From: Phaeosaccion multiseriatum
Taxonomy: Eukaryota; Protista; Ochrophyta, other classes
Reading direction: 5' to 3'
Length of the DNA stretch: 64,000 nucleotides
Assembly: GCA_965112735.1 (NCBI GenBank)
Contig: OZ218951.1
Span: 186,001 to 250,000, forward strand
Shown here: in pieces, positions 63,348 through 64,000 of the stretch
Layout of the letters: every line of letters starts with the position of its first letter
How positions within the stretch are numbered: the first letter of the stretch is position 1
Made by a program: the position numbers and the translations under genes
Notes under the pieces: generated by a model
The model's database searches: none
What the model was told of the DNA's origin: nothing
The model's input: the letters and a program-made list of their open reading frames with translations, nothing else

Positions 63348-64000
63348 GTGCGTGTGAGGCACCGCCTCGAAGTGCCGATGAGGAGGCACCCGCCTGCCCT
63401 GGCTCGACCCCCAACTAACGCCCCGATGCCCAACTGCCCCCACTTTACATTTGTCCGTCCCTGCCAATACACACACACACGTGCACACACACGCACCCAC
63501 ACAGCATCCCTGCCCGCCCCCGCAGCCCCCCTCCCACCAGGCCCGAGCCACACACACACACACACACAGGCATCGCCTCCCCGCCTGAGGATCGGGATCA
63601 AGGACAACGAGGACAACGAGGACAACGAGGACAGCGAGGACAAGAAGCACCCCCCCTGGCAAAAGCCCATGTCCCCCCCGGGGAAGCCAACGAGCCCCAT
63701 GGCTATGGCGGAGCTTCCCCCCCTGGGCTTTGGGGCCACGACGATCAGCACCCGTGGGCAGCCCGTGACGGTTTCGGACCTCGGCAACGGCACGTGGTGC
63801 ACCACATATCGCACGGCCTACGGGGGTACGTACACGAGCTTCAGGCTCGATGACTCCTTCGACCCCAGCATGGACACTCACCACATTGGCCACGGGCTCA
63901 GCGGCGGCGGCGGCGGCGGCGGCGGCAGTGGGTTGGGCGGCAGTGGCGCCATCGGCAGCGGTGGTTTGAGTGGCAGCGGTGCAATGGGTGGCAGTGGCGG
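49965..64000 (+). CDS. Large PH-domain + six gelsolin-like segment (villin/villidin-like) protein with long low-complexity tail (partial; runs off the window)
   Basis: PH: HWNFGFVELDGASLHLY...LLCRADNPQQAQHWTKAL. Gelsolin segments: GSFNNGDVYMV..YYWVGSKA..VDEGEEPAEF; KVYLWVGH; LNTSFAFVLDCFAEVFVWYG..REGSELFVFKSKF; GHFQSHHCYVVL..YFWQG..VEQGREPFHF; VWFWMG; VYVWRGRE..EFRAHFQAW. Confidence 0.85.
52808..53375 (+). repeat. 12-bp satellite (ATGTGTGCCCTY)x~47, intronic
   Basis: Two variants (CTT/CTC) are interspersed. Confidence 0.95.
59473..59534 (+). repeat. 15-bp repeat ACAGTAAGTCAGTGG x4, intronic
   Basis: Each unit contains a donor-like AGTAAGT. Confidence 0.85.
59878..60015 (+). repeat. 47-bp triplication of exon end plus splice donor
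   Basis: GTGTGGAGAGGGCAAGGCTTGTATTCGAAGGAGGCAG|GTGTG x3; donors at 59915, 59962, 60009. Confidence 0.9.
60238..60720 (+). repeat. ~480-bp polypyrimidine (CCCTT)n tract before an acceptor
   Basis: Seen directly in the sequence. Confidence 0.9.
61496..61615 (+). repeat. (CTCA/CTGA)n array upstream of an acceptor
   Basis: Tandem CTGAC/CTCAC branch-point-like words. Confidence 0.85.

Noticed and set aside
1-64000. Autonomous transposon or endogenous virus
   Set aside because: No transposase, RT, integrase, capsid or polB motifs were seen; EsV-1-7 repeats alone do not show a provirus.

Overview
This is eukaryotic nuclear DNA: GC-rich, intron-dense and packed with microsatellites. It most likely comes from a photosynthetic, flagellated stramenopile (ochrophyte), judged by signal-peptide+AF/FAP bipartite plastid presequences, twin-arginine lumen signals and an EFHC/Rib72 axonemal gene. 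Most six-frame ORFs are artefacts, so genes were rebuilt by hand-splicing GT/GC-AG exons and all models are manual. About 16 genes were found: CYP38-like lumen protein (partial), organellar IF-3, FG-GAP/VCBS surface protein, VPS25, a small 6-Cys thylakoid-lumen protein, an unknown protein, a plastid bPH_2 protein, LSM7, an EsV-1-7 repeat locus, a signal-peptide Mn-type SOD, a SAM-cupin fusion, CEPT/AAPT, an intronless C3H zinc-finger repeat gene, a membrane-anchored GH26, EFHC1/Rib72-like and a PH + six-gelsolin protein (partial). Standout observations: (1) a 212-bp-arm, ~98% identical fold-back of EsV-1-7 coding sequence, a candidate hairpin small-RNA locus; (2) a polarised intron grammar, with complementary repeats at intron ends, a recurrent GTATCACCAAC motif bracketing exons, and tandem duplications seeded at splice sites and stop codons; (3) unusual protein architectures.
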